Assembly (NCBI GenBank): GCA_030265395.1
Contig: JARFYF010000052.1
Location: forward strand, 126,748,862 to 126,812,861
Direction of reading: 5' to 3'
From: Rhina ancylostomus
Taxonomy: Eukaryota
Length of the DNA stretch: 64,000 nt
Of this stretch, positions 36,522 through 49,965 are shown piece after piece. Every line of letters starts with the position of its first letter. Within the stretch, counting starts at the first letter, position 1. The translations under genes and the position numbers were made by a program. Under the pieces are notes generated by a model. It did no database searches. It was not told where the DNA came from and saw only the letters and a list, made by a program, of their open reading frames with translations.

Positions 36522-36764
36522 GTCTGGTTTCAGAATAGACGGACGAAGTGGAGGAAGAAACACGCGGCAGAAATGGCCACAGCCAAGAAAAAGCAGGACT
36601 CGGAGACAGAGAGATTAAAGGGCGCCTCGGAGAATGATGAAGACGACGATGATTACAACAAGCCCCTGGATCCCAATTCCGACGACGAAAAGATTTCCCA
36701 GTTGCTAAAGAAACACAAACCCACTACATTGCACGTCCATACAAGTGAAAACGAGAGCTCCTAA
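36522..36764 (+). CDS. NKX6-1: NK6 homeobox 1, coding exon 3 (recognition helix, acidic C-terminal domain, stop)
   Basis: Acceptor tttccattcag|GTC. Reads [66 protein letters not shown]...SENESS* with TAA at 36762-36764. Exon lengths 625+173+243=1041 nt give an intact frame. Confidence 0.98.
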   Translation, partial: VWFQNRRTKWRKKHAAEMATAKKKQDSETERLKGASENDEDDDDYNKPLDPNSDDEKISQLLKKHKPTTLHVHTSENESS

Positions 36765-37345
36765 GAGACGGCGGACTATGTATTCCTGATCTCACAGAAT
36801 TTAGCACTAAACTCTCTCTCTCTCTCTCTATACACCACTCTCTCTGTACATTTTCAGAGATGTATATATTTTTATAGTCTATATAAGTTATGGGACGATC
36901 TGTTAGAAGCTCCAGCACTAATCCTCATGGCTCTACTCATAAGGACAGAGCGCATTTGATCTCCAACAACAGGCACTCTGGTTGGTGGAACATTTTTATA
37001 CCAAGATAGGTGTACAGTAATATATTCAGATCAGAGACTGAGCAGGTCAGTTGTGGGTGGAGAGGGGAAGTATTGGGGGCTCCGCGACTTGTAAATAACT
37101 CATGTATTAAATATCGAACAGAAGAAAATAACTGTGAATATTTATGTGTACAATACATTTTGTATAAGGAAATATCAGTTTAAATTAGCGCTTGATTTTT
37201 AATGTATAGATTTCCTTTCGATTTTCGTGTTTGGAATCTTGTGGAGTCTGAATGCAAGTGTTGCCAGGATATGTCTTTGTGGATTAAAAAAAAGTAAGAT
37301 ATTTTTAATTCGTTAGCGTTTAATAAATATCATAATTCCAACAAG
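36765..37345 (+). other. NKX6-1 3' UTR with probable polyadenylation signal
   Basis: AT-rich sequence after the stop codon, with AATAAA at 37322-37327 and ATTAAA at 37283-37288. A (CT)n tract lies at ~36811-36828. The end position is inferred. Confidence 0.6.
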
Positions 37346-40300
37346 TCTACATTTCGGCAGCTTTCGGGAAGTGTCTACAACTGAAGCTTTGTGCGGGGTG
37401 TGGAGGGGAATTGGGACTTGCTCCACATGCTATCAATCTCCTTTAAGTTGTAATCTTCAACTGCACATTTTCAGTTCACCAGTAAACCTTTTGCGTTTTA
37501 CAACCGGTTTATTAACGGTGCTGAAATTGCTATGATTTCCACCTTGTCCCTACAGTGAGACGAAATATTTTGGAAACATTTTAAAATGTGTATTCCAAGG
37601 CCGCGCTGAAAGGGCATTAAATTTACAACTGAATCCATTCTAGAATTGCCCAGGGATCTCGATTCAGTAACCAAATAATGGTTAATGAAANNNNNNNNNN
37701 NNNNNNNNNNNNNNNNNNNNNNNNNNNNNNNNNNNNNNNNNNNNNNNNNNNNNNNNNNNNNNNNNNNNNNNNNNNNNNNNNNNNNNNNNNTGAAATCAGA
37801 CCTTTTGTACTGAATTTAAGTGCCATTAGGAGATTTGGCTGGTGGAACTCGTCTGGTATTTCTGGGGATTGGAAATTCAAGTGGTGCACCTTAAGAACAA
37901 AGTGTGACGGAGGGTCATTAACATTTCGAGCGGCTCCTTTCTGGTTAAGTAAGCATATTATTCAGTTTGGACCCTCCACGCTTGATTGCGCTGGATTTAT
38001 ATAATTCAGGCAGCTGGATAAAAAAGCACTTTCGGTTTAATTCTGAAATTCAAATATTTAATAGAAGGATTTGCAAAAAAAAACCCACATCTGCTCCAGA
38101 TTTGAAGGAATCCGCCGAATTAAACTGGGAAGCTGTTCAAATGTAACCAAGCGGCATCAACAGTGATTAGGGGGAAATTAGACAATGTCATTTACCGCCA
38201 TCATGAGGACATCTTCTGATTAAGTATATCGCCTTTACTTGCCACAGTAAACTGATCAATTACCATGAGAACTAACAGGGCTTTTGTACTCAGGCCGCGA
38301 GTTTAAATGGTGTGTAGCTCTAATGAGAACATCGAATGCAATTGCAGGCACCCCATTCATGACAATGCCGCCTTCGGGGGAGGAAATACTGTTTGCGTGG
38401 AGGACATTCCTATCAATCGCACGGTGAATTAAAACCGATGGAGAATCGGTGTTCTTTTTTCTAAGGGGGTGGGAATTTAGTTTTTATATAACTGCAGACA
38501 GCGAGGTGAATTAACAACAGGCCAAAGATTAATATAGGGGAAGAAAGCACAAATAAATAGTGGTGTTGGTTCTATCATCTCTTAATCTAGCCAATCCACC
38601 GTTAAATTTAATTGCTCTATTCCATTATCTGTTTTTTTTAAAGTATGATGTTGTTTGCTACAAGGAACCCTCATCAAAAGAGCACAGAATCTCAAGGGAG
38701 GGGCAGGTATCAAGAAGAGACACATGGTGGAGTCAGAGGGCAACAGCTGACACAGGTACAAACTGTCCCAGGCCATCAAGACTCCCGGCAATAATTCCTG
38801 ATAAAGAGACGTCACATGTAACGCCATGTTTTAGAGGTGCAGTCCAATCTTTTTCTCCAATGAAGTCGGCGGGGACACGTGTAAAATAAATGGCCGCAGG
38901 ACGCCAGGGCAGTGGAATAGAAAACACTAATAACAACAGATTGATATAAAAGTGAAAATATGCAGTGACAGTGTATCTGGCCTCCTGACTCACACGAACT
39001 TCACCCCGCAGAAATCAACTACAATTGTTCCAAAACTCAACCGAAAGTGCTACTTCTGAAGGATCATTGAAACCGGATGTGTAGCCAATTTCTAATTGCG
39101 CGCCAGGGCACATTTAATGCCGATCTACCTGGGCGCCCACACAATTTATATAACAGTGATTAGTTGGTACCTGGCCATTTGTCCTTCCATGTGAAAAATC
39201 TGTAAAATTAAGTTGGCAGGTCGTGTTATGTGTTGTAAATTTCTACTTATATCTCCGGTGCTGATTGAGATATAGCTCAATATTAATGGTATGACGCTCT
39301 CGGTTCACTGGCGGGATCTTCCAAGAAATGGCTTGTTCGATTGTTGTATAAGATTACTTATAAACTGAAAGCGAGACTTTTTCTGGGCGAGAATAATATT
39401 TAATATTGCGTGGGACATCTTTAATTCTATCAATTAGAATTAAAGAAGGTTAAGGCCGAATTTATTTTTACTATTGGCTAAATTTGTTTCAAAACTCGAA
39501 GATAACCTTCTGGCTATTGCTCATTTTCTTTTCGTTTCCAGTTGCTTTTTTTTTGTTGTTGTAATATTTGGGTAGAGAGGCAAAGTCTGAAAAATCAGTG
39601 ATCTTTTCCCCCCAAATTTGAGGCAGTCTATTTCAATAAACGCGGACTAAACAAAGTTCAGTAAATTTTACACGTTATTGTCACCGCATTGAGATAGCGG
39701 ACTTAAATGTCCCAAAGCTCAGGGACATGCAGTCAGACAGACACTGGAGCAGAGGTAAAGACATGTCAGCACTTCGAAAAGGAATTTTAAAGCCAATTCG
39801 TACACATCAAGTTTCTCTGTCTCTTACCTCCGGCCGCTTAAGTTATACACAATGAAATGAAAGCATCAATAATTGATCTACTGGCGAAGTCTTTTGCATG
39901 GCGTCACATCGCAGGTCATACACTATAACAAGCTATCTCTGACGTCACTCCAAAACACCCCGTTTTAATAATAGATGATTTGTGGAATTCATTTAAGTTC
40001 ACAACTCGCCGCTGACTAAGTGAAAGGAGAGAGATCGTGAGGCGAAGAGCAAACCGCGGTGGAGTGTGAAATCGGGACAGTCAGTGTAAAATAGAAGATG
40101 GAGAGAGGAGACACTCAGCTGAGAAAGTGTTTTCCGATGTAAGAGTAAAAATTAAATATTGTACAATATGTTATAAAGGTTGTCGGTTTAGGATTTGCTA
40201 AACAATGCACAATCGCGCTAAGCTAGCAAAATAATTATGTTTATATATATATCAAATTAAAAAATAAAACATCTTTATTGAACAAAATGAATAAGACCTT

Positions 40301-41744
40301 TCAAAATAATTTCTAGTGTTTCCCTCAGCGCGACAAGTCGTGCAACAAGTGCCTTTGGTCTCTTTAAGGGCCGCCTGCATTCTTTTAAACGCGATTTCTG
40401 TCTTGTGAGCAGCGTTTTGCTCGGGTTCGCGGAGTCAGGAGACAAGGATATTTTACAAAGAATCGGGCTATTTCCCACTGAATCCCACACCACCGCCATT
40501 CACTGCATTGAAGGAGAGATCAGATACCACCAGAGGATGCTATTTGTTATTGATGTACCGGGGACTTTAAAAAACCTGCTTTGCACGCGGCGACTGCACA
40601 AGTCGACAGCTTTGTATTGATTAAGATGAAGGTCCGGATTGGTTCGATCGTTTCCCAATAACCATGTTCATTACATGCTAATTTGGTTCAAAAGGCAAGA
40701 GTTCGTGTGTGGTCTCATGCTGAGCACAGCAAAGACTAATAAAACAATCTGTTTCCTCAAACGCGCAGCTCAGTAACAGTGAAAGACATTATAACTTAAA
40801 CCATGGGACGGTTCCCGAATCATCTGATCCTTGGGAACAAGATGTTTAAAAGTCGATTCCGCGCTGAAATTAATTCTAATGGAACAAAATTGGCCTTAAA
40901 CGGCAGTTTCTACAGTAACTAAAATATGTTCAATCGAATGTTCAGAATAATACTTTATTTCATATTTGACTTTGGTCTTTAAGAACATAAAATATCTACG
41001 TCAATCTCAACAGTTCTTCAAGTTCTTCACTACAGCTCTTTANNNNNNNNNNNNNNNNNNNNNNNNNNNNNNNNNNNNNNNNNNNNNNNNNNNNNNNNNN
41101 NNNNNNNNNNNNNNNNNNNNNNNNNNNNNNNNNNNNNNNNNNTTCTTCAAGTTCTTCACTACAGCTCTTTAGAAAAAACAACGAATTAAATGAACTAACG
41201 CTGGTTGTTCCGACGATTTCCCCTCTTCTCCACAACCTGATTTCCTCATGTGCTTGGAACATTCTAGAGTTTAATTTGAGCCCCCCCCCCCACCTTGCAT
41301 TTGAATCTGTCACTAATCTGTAAAAGACCAGAGAAGATTTGCAGTTTCCTGGGACGGAACAAAGGGGAGGAGAGTATCGAACCTAACACCTTGCCCAGTA
41401 ACTGTCCCACAATCCACGGATCAATATACAGTAATACAGGTCGACAAACTACTCTGAATTGAGTCTAATTTGGTTTCTTTCCCCACTCAAGCTAAGTTTA
41501 AACGCAGAACTGCACTGTTGTGATTGATAGCTATTGTTTTGATTTATTATTCCACGTGATTTAGGATTAATGAGCCTTCTGAGCCAGATAACATGTCCAG
41601 TGAGGACTCAGAAAACATCTCTGGGCAGTAGCTACTATAATAAGGAATCACAGGGAGCGGTTGAAGCTATCTTGAACTGGGACAAAATAAATTTAGTGCC
41701 AAACATGACCCAGACGGCTACTAGTCTTTTAAATTTGTTGATGG

Positions 41745-42090
41745 CACGTGGATGTCAGTGAGAAGGCCAGCATTTATAGCTCATCCTTCTTGCCCCATGA
41801 ACTATGCAGCTTGCTAACAATTTCAGTGGGCAATTAAGAGTCAAGCACATTGGTTCAACTGGAGTCATGTATAGGTCAGGCCAAATAAGCATGGCAAACT
41901 TCCTCTCCTGAAGGACGTTAGAGGACCAGATTTTTTTTTAAACACAAGAATCANNNNNNNNNNNNNNNNNNNNNNNNNNNAACATACATTCCAAATTTAT
42001 TTAATTATCTGAGTTTGAATTCCCTGGTGGCTTTGGTGGGATTTGAACTTGCAGATCAATAGTCCAGTAATTTAACCACTATGGTGCAAT
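41745..42090 (-). mobile_element. tRNA-derived SINE (second family)
   Basis: aaggccagcattt...ttaagagtcaagcacatt...ggtgggatttgaac...agtccagtaatttaaccactat. A related copy lies at 53545-54110. Confidence 0.7.
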
Positions 42091-42907
42091 ATCTCTCAGG
42101 TGAAAATGGTACCAGAGTTTAAAATTTAAATTAGTGTTAAGTAAATTTATCAATTATATTAGAAAGAGCTTTTTTGTTTAAAGAGTGATGGTGTGAATAA
42201 TCTGTTGGTCTGGAAAATTGAGTCAAAACATTTGGGAATATTAAAAATGCAATTGAATGCAATAACAGAAGGATTAAGTACTAAAAGGAAGATGCAAAAA
42301 CATTTCCCCTCTTAATCTATAAATTGAAAACATTCTTTTGAGAGTGGTACAGATAAAGCTTGCTTGAAATCAAAGGACGCTTTCCTGAGTTACGTGTCTT
42401 TATGTTAAAAGGATGGGGATTTCCAGTTGAACATAGGGCTGGATTAGAAGTTAATTTACAGTAGAAGATACAGAGTATCCTTGAGAAGTTCAAAGGTGGA
42501 ATGGAGGCTGGCTGAGAGCATGAATTGAAGATTCATTGGATTTGATGAATGGATCCTGTTGTTCATAATCTACATTAAAACCATGGATATCAGTACCAAG
42601 TTTAACATTATTAGGTTGCCTATGATACCAAGGTACAAAGGTCAGTCAAGATAGAGAAGGAAGTAAAATATTTTCAGAAGGAACAAAACCAGTTCTGTAA
42701 CTATTTTGCAATCAGTTGAGAGAACCCAATAAGATGTTAAATTTATATGTGAGATACTGTCTATTGTTTAAAATATGCAACATAAGTTTACAATGAATGA
42801 GGTAAAATGAACAGGAAGATTAGAAAGGGAGACTGGTGTGGGTGGTTAGCTCATTATTTTCAAAGACTGGATAATATGGCAAAGTAATCAGGCTATGAAA
42901 CAAAAAA

Positions 42908-43255
42908 ATTGCATTGATGTAGTGTTTTTTCACAACCTTGGGACAGGACAATCTGCAACACTTTTGAAGTGTAGTCATGGTTGGGATGTAGGCTTGCTTT
43001 TTCCACAAACAAAAAAATAATGACCTGATCATCTTATTTTGATTAGAGATATTGGTTGAGGGAATGATATTCACCAGGACAGGGAACCAGGGAGAACACC
43101 CCAGCTCTTCTTCAAATAGTGCCTTTGCACCACCAGGAATGGCTGATGTAGTGTCCGTTTAATGTTCCTTCCGGAAGAATGCCTCTCTGACACTCCAGCA
43201 TTTCTTCACTACTGCAGTGAAGTATCAGCCTATATTGTGCTCGAGATTAAGACCC
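42908..43255 (-). mobile_element. Deu-SINE (SacSINE1-like)
   Basis: cttttgaagtgtagtca...ttggttgaggga..atattcaccaggaca...ggagaacaccccagctcttcttcaaatagtgcc (reverse Deu domain). Confidence 0.75.
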
Positions 43256-45627
43256 ATATCACGGGGTTTTGGGTTACACTTCATTAATCAGAAGAATTGA
43301 ATATAACTTCCCAGAGATCAGAGGAACTTTACAATACATTGGTCAGAACACTGTTCATTTCTAATGAGAAAAAGCTCACATTGCAGAGAGTGCAAGACAA
43401 GACAAATGCAGATGTTGCTACAATGTTAAGGAATGTTCAATGAGGAATGATTAGGGAAGAACATTCTTACTGAGTTATATGAAATATTTCATAACTTAGA
43501 CAAAGATAAATAAGACATTTACTCCAATTAAATCAGAGTATGGAACTGGAGATGAGAAAATATACTAATGTAAAGTAAATTTATCATTGATATTGGAATG
43601 AGCTTCTTTACTTAAAGAGGAGTTAATATTCTGAATACATTGGCTGGGCAAGAAAATTGAGACAAAACTTTTAGGAATATTAAAGATACAATGGAATGCA
43701 ATAATGGAAGACCTAAAGTATTAATAGAATGATACACAAAGACATTTCCTGGCTCCTGATATCTTAATGTCCGTTTTATCTTCATAAATAAAAGGTAAAA
43801 TGGAGTGAGAAAAAGAGAGAACATCGAAATATATTTAGCTCCCATTTATCAGCTCAGAACCAATTTCAACAGCAAAACCACCAAGTGCATTTATATTGTG
43901 TCTTTTATACAAAACATGTTCAAGGTTGCTTCACAATAGAAATAGACACCAGGCTCTGGAGGGAGAGATTAGAAGTGACTGCAATTCTAGCTAAAGAAAA
44001 TGAATAGGATTTTAAAGATGAAGAAAGAGATGGAGAAGCAGAATGATTTAGGGGCAGAGTTCTGGAGAGTGGAGCAGAGGTATTTGAAACCTTCTTTAAC
44101 AGTTTTTGCACAAGGTTTCAATCTGCAACAGACCGTTGATGTTGTCATCATCTGGTTAGACACATATTCTGAGATGGAATATAGTATATTAGCCTTGATT
44201 TTATCATTGTAATGATAGCAACACTATCAGCATTTGTTGTAAATTCACCACAAAACTGACTGCAATGTTGGGCTTTCTACATAAGGGTAGCTTAATGTGG
44301 AAATCCCAAAGTTATTGCAGGAGACTCCGCTCACCTCCAAACAATGGTGTTTGCAGCCTTCTCCACAGGATCTAGAGTAGTCACTTAAACTAACATGAAA
44401 TTAAGCTATTTGCAAGCTGATCATGCCGTAACATATCATAAAATTCTTCTGTGTTTTTACATGATATTCAAGTGAACTTCTAATAGTATATTAAGTTGTA
44501 TCAAGCTGCCTGGACCAAAAAAGTAGTTTTACAACTGTATATTTCAATTGCTTCACATCAATATTTCAAACTGAAATATTTATTTCTGATAGTTCAGCTT
44601 CTGATTTAATATGCCAATCTTTATTTAGCACTGTATAATATTCAGAAAGTTAATTAAATAATATTAATTTTCTTCCCTTGTATGTAGTCAATGGGAATTC
44701 TTTAAATTGATTGGTTGTTTAGCTTGATGACATCACAGCTGATAGCTACTCAGAGTTCCATTAAATTGACCACTAATAGCTGCTTGTGCTAGCAAAGGGA
44801 AAGCTTTTGTCACAGAGTTCAATGGAGTTTTTATTTTGGAGGTTTTCTTCAAGGTAAGCAAGCTGTTCAATACAGAACAAACTTTTGTCTTGTTGATCTG
44901 CAGCATTCTAGCAAACTCTTTCCAAGTACTTTGTGTATTTTGAAGGCTCTTTGGGCCTAGAAATTCAGGCTTTGGTACCTGTGGTAAAATGGTGTCAGTT
45001 TGTTCTGGTACAGCTGAAGAATGATTTACTTTGGTATCCATGTGAGGTTGCATACATGTAGCTGACATAATTTGTGATCTTCTTGCACATATGTGATTTA
45101 GGGAGTTGTACATTAATGTGAATGAACAGCACTATTTATCATCATAGTGAGCAGCCAATCATATGAAAGAATTCTCACTGACTATATACAAGGAAGAAAC
45201 TGCATCATTTTAATTAACCTTTCAAATATTACACAGTCTTAAATATTGGGACATACATAATTAAATCAGAATCTGAAATATGATACATGTGTTTCATTTT
45301 GAATTATTAATGTAAAATGGTTGGTGCTCAACTGAAATTGTGAAACAGCTTGCCCTGAACTGGATTAGGCCTTTCTCTTCTCTTCTAATAACTGGCCCTC
45401 TCAGTGGCAGAGAAGGATACCTGGAAGAGGACTTTGAGAGCTCAGAGAATGAAGAAGACCTCCCCTAAATAGTGATCAGAAATCTAATCTACTGCTGCAG
45501 CTGTGGTGATCTCATTGAAGTCTCCTCATCCTCAACACAGTTGTAGGCAGGTGCATTCCTTTAAGAAAGGCACAAATAGGTCTGCTTCTTCCTGTTGCGG
45601 ATTCCTATACGTGGCCCAAACTATTCC

Positions 45628-46545
45628 CTTGCAGACGGTACCACCTTAGTGGGCTGGATCTCAAATAACAAAGATAAGGAGTACAGGAAAGGGACAGAGA
45701 GCCCAGTGACATGGTGTCAAGACAACAACCTTTCACTTAATTTCAGCAGAACAAAAGAGCTGGTCACTGACTGCAGGAGGTGGGGTGGAGCATATGGCCC
45801 TGTGTATCTCAATGGTGCTAAGGTGGAGATGGTTGAGAGCTTCAAGATCCTAGCTGTAAACATCACTTCTAGCCCTGTCCTAGTCCAACCATGTAGATGC
45901 TATGGCCAAGAAAGCACATCAGCATCTGTGCTTCCTAAGAAGGCTAAGAAAATTTGATATGCCCTGTAAATACATTTGCAGAAAACATCCTACCCAGATG
46001 CATCACAGCTTGGTATGGCAACTGCTCTGCCTAAGACCACAAGAAATTTCAGAGACCTGTGGACACAGCTCTGTCCATCATGAAATCAGCCTTGCCTCCG
46101 TGGACCCTCTACGCTTCCCTCTGCCTCAGGAAAGGAGCCAGCATAATTAAGGACCCCTCTCACCCCAGTTGTTCTCTCTTCTGCCCCTTCCCATTATGCA
46201 GAATATAATGGGAGATTATATTAGAATATAATACAAGATTAAAAAGCTTGAAGCATGCACGGCCAGGCTCGAGGACAGCTTCCCTCTCGCTGTTGTAAGA
46301 CTCTTGAAAGGACTTCTCGTATGACAAAGATGAACTCTTGACCTCACAATCTACCCCATCATGGCCCTTGCACTTTATTTGTCTGCCTGCACTGCACTTT
46401 CTCTGTAACTGTAACACTATATGCTGCATTCTGTTATTGCTTCTCCTTTGTACTACCTAAATGTACTTATGTTTTGAAATGACCTGTCTGGATGGCAGGC
46501 AAAACAGTTTTTCATTGTATCTCATTACATGTAGTAATAATAATA
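45628..46545 (+). mobile_element. Rex1/Babar-type LINE 3' portion (RT C-terminal half plus 3' UTR)
   Basis: ADGTTLVGWISNN..EYRK...TWCQDNNLSLNFSRTKELVTD.RR (ORF 45595) and AKKAHQHLCFLRRLRKF (ORF 45902). The tail is tttcattgtatctc..tacatgt..taataataataaacca. Confidence 0.8.
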
Positions 46546-47391
46546 AACCAATTACCGATTAGCATCATTTCCATAATGATTAACTTCACTAATGGAAGTG
46601 TGCAATCCAAATTTTCAATATGTGCTATATTTTTCAAGGTCTCAATCACATTTAATGATCCTTTTTATTTCGCAATTCATTCTCAAGACACAAATATATG
46701 CTATGTGACTGAATTTCTAGCCTTGATCTTAATATTTTTAGTTCTGGTTCAATTCTTTTCATTAGTCCAATATTTGCCCAACAATAAACACGAGAAGATT
46801 CCCAAACCACCAAAAGTAAATACTTAAAAGTGAACCCTTTAAGGTCATGGTTTAAAACATAATGTGGACCATTAAGGTTTGTAATGAGTCCTTTCCAATA
46901 GTGTTCTTTAACATTTAAAATGATATTTGGGAATGCATTACTGAATTCTACAGCTTGTGTTTTAAGCCTGAGATCCTTGGATCTAATATTATTTGCAGAG
47001 AACCTAAGAAAACTCTGAGGTCACGAGATTTCGATCAGTGTATAAAAGCCTCCCTGGGTACAGTCTCTTAAGTGCTCTGAATATTTTTTCTGCGTTGGGT
47101 GAAGTTGAACAGGTTTTCACTATGATCCACTCAGGAAAATTATTTGCTGTCATAAAACTGCACACATTTTGTTTGGGCAGATGACATTACCTACTTGAAT
47201 CATTTTCAGCCTTGGCTTCTGTCTATTCTTGTACTCATCTTTCTGTTCAGGCAAAGGAGAAATCTGCTGTAAAGGTGTTGAATGCAAACATCATTGGACA
47301 GTTTCAAGAATAATTTAGTATCAAGGTAGAAGGGACTCAAAGAAGTCGAAGTTATATTACAGTGATAATATAGTTAAAAGCTTAATATGTA

Positions 47392-47790
47392 ATTGGTTTA
47401 TCATTGTCACATGTACCTGAGATACAGTGAAAAGTTTTGTTTGGATGTCACCCAGATAGATCATTCCATGAGGTAGTACAAAAGGGGAAAACTGCAGAAT
47501 ATAGCATTTCAGCTACAGAGAAAATGCAAGTAGAAAAATAAAGTGCAAGGCTATGATGGGGTTGGTTGAGAGATTAAGAGTTCATCTTTATCATATAAGA
47601 GGTCCATTCAAGAGTCATAACAGCAGGATAGGAGCTGTTCTTGAGCCTGGTGGTTCAAGCTCTCAAATGTTTCTATGTTCTGTTCTATGGGATGGGGGAG
47701 AAGAGAGAATGACCGGGGTGAGTCTTTAATTATGTTAGCTGCTTTCCTGAAGTAGCAGGAGTTGTAGATGGAGTCAATGGAGGGGAGGTT
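47392..47790 (-). mobile_element. Rex1/Babar-type LINE 3' end
   Basis: ttggtttatcattgtcacatgtacc..gatacagtgaaaag...agaggtccattcaagagtc...gagctgttcttgagcctgg is complementary to 46250-46545. Confidence 0.7.
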
Positions 47791-49664
47791 GGTAAAATTA
47801 AAAGCAAGTCACTCACCAGCACTTGCATTTTCAATCGTTGTTGCACTACATATACCAGCCATTGCATAGCTAAAGCTGAGTGGGAAGACGTGAAGTAGAT
47901 TCAGCTACTCAGCTCAGTATGACTGAGCTCTTCTCCTGGACCCAGGGCTGAGTCCACCAGTAGAGAGGGAGGTCGGATTAGCTGGAATTTGACTTCCACC
48001 TTGCATTGCTCAGGCACAGAAGTTAGGAATGAGGTGGCCTGTGAATCACAGCTAGATGGCAGCTCACTTTTAAAAAAAAAACATTGGCTAAAGATTAGCT
48101 GATTCCAGCCTGTTAGCTCTGGAGTGAGAGAAATGCAGATTCACCAAAATGATAGCCGGTTAAAGAGATTTGAAACTAAATTTCATGAATGCTGAAGATT
48201 ATGGGGTGACGTAAATGAGCTGTTTAAGGTCATTAAAAGAGATGATGGGGTTGATAAAGGAAATGTCCAGAGTAAGTGGCCAATGGCTTAAATTTGAAAT
48301 TATATTAAGTATGATAAACTAAAAATCCTGATTTATATATTCTCTTACATTTTATATAGTGGAAAACTGAACTCAGCTGGATGTAAAAGACCCCATGGTA
48401 CTGCCCCAGAGATCTACATTGTGTTCTGGCCATTATTAAAAGGAACTGAGATGATAGATAGAGAGACACGATTTTGTTTGGTGATGCACCATGCCATCCA
48501 GTGTTGGTGTCAGAGGCAGTTCTTCAGACAAAAGTTCATGGAACTCTAGAACTCTCTATCCCAAAAGCACTAGGGACTGGGTCAACCAAAAAGTCTTAAA
48601 CTGTGAAGGAATCTTGGTGGGTGATTGGAGTTGATAGGCAGATGAGTCACAATCTAAGTGAACAACAGAAAAGGTTAAGTGGCTGAATAGTTCATTCCCT
48701 GTGGTAAAGATAATAAACTGGAAGTCATATCATTTCCACCTCTTAATGTATCTATATTATGGTCTATTTTAATGGCATTCAAGGGATCTTGATGCATATA
48801 CATTCAGCATCCTTTGAGATGCTTGAAAATTTACTGAGAGTATTTTATTTTTCAGTGATAGATTTACTGTCCCCGTATTTGGAAGGATACACTGCATTCT
48901 TTTAGTGACATTGATGACCAACAAACTTGGATTAATTTTTAAAAGTTAGAGCTAAGTGAATAGATTTTCACTAGCCCAACTAGGTGTGAAATTGGGTCTC
49001 CAACAGATTGTCTACCAGTTTTCAAAACTATCTGGCTTTTTCATTCCATTGATTTTAATGAAGTAAAAATTGGATAGTTTCCACAACAGGGAGCTGATCA
49101 ATAACATTAATTGCAGGATAGATATAAATATCTTCATCTTGAAATTTATAAAAGGACAATGATTCTTTGATTTTTTAATATTATTGATCATTACGCCTTG
49201 AGATGTTGAAAGTACAGTATATTTCTGTTGAAGATATTGGCAGATGTATGTTTGTATGATATTACTCTGCTATTTTACCTCTGGCATTTGTCCATTTCTT
49301 TTAATTTGGATGATGTCTCTGATGCTAATGGGGAAAGGAGTGACAGGAACATGTATTAGATATTCTCCTTATCCTTAAGAAAAATTCTATGTTAATGTGA
49401 TTTTATATCAGAATCATAAGCAAGTTTATTATCACTGACTTGTATGACATGGGGTGTGTTGTTTTGCAGCAGCAGTCCAAAACAAGGACATAAAATCACT
49501 ATAAATTACAAAATAAATAAATAATGCAAAAAAAAAACCAAGGCAGTTTTTCTGGGATCATGGACCGTTCAGAAACCTGATGTTAGAGAGGAAGAAGCTG
49601 TTTCTAAGTCATTGATTCTACTTTAAGAGTGGGAAAGATACAAGATGTTACCCTCTTGAAGACA

Positions 49665-49965
49665 TGGAACATAGAACAGTACCGAACAGGAACCAGCTCT
49701 TCAGACCATAATGTTGTGCTGAACTGAGTAAACTAGTAATTAAACTCCTAACTAAACTAGTCTGTTCTGTCTGCACAATATTCTTATTCCTCCATTCTCT
49801 GCATATTTATGTGCCTGTCTGAGATCCTCTTAAATATCTCTATGGTATCTGCCTCCACTATTACCCTGGCAGTGCATTCTGGGCAACCAGAACTCTGTGT
49901 AAAAAACCTGCCTTGCACATCTCCTTTGAACTTGCCCCCTCTTACCTTAAATGCACACCCTCTGT
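49665..49965 (-). mobile_element. CR1-type LINE 3' end
   Basis: gaacatagaacagtac...tctgcctccactattaccctggcagtgcattc...ctgtgtaaaaaacctgcc...accttaaatgca. Confidence 0.75.

Noticed and set aside
41014-41171. Identical 29-bp direct repeat flanking a 100-N gap (CRISPR-like or TSD-like)
   Set aside because: An exact duplication at both contig ends is typical of an unmerged assembly overlap. There are only two copies, no spacers or cas genes, and the context is eukaryotic.
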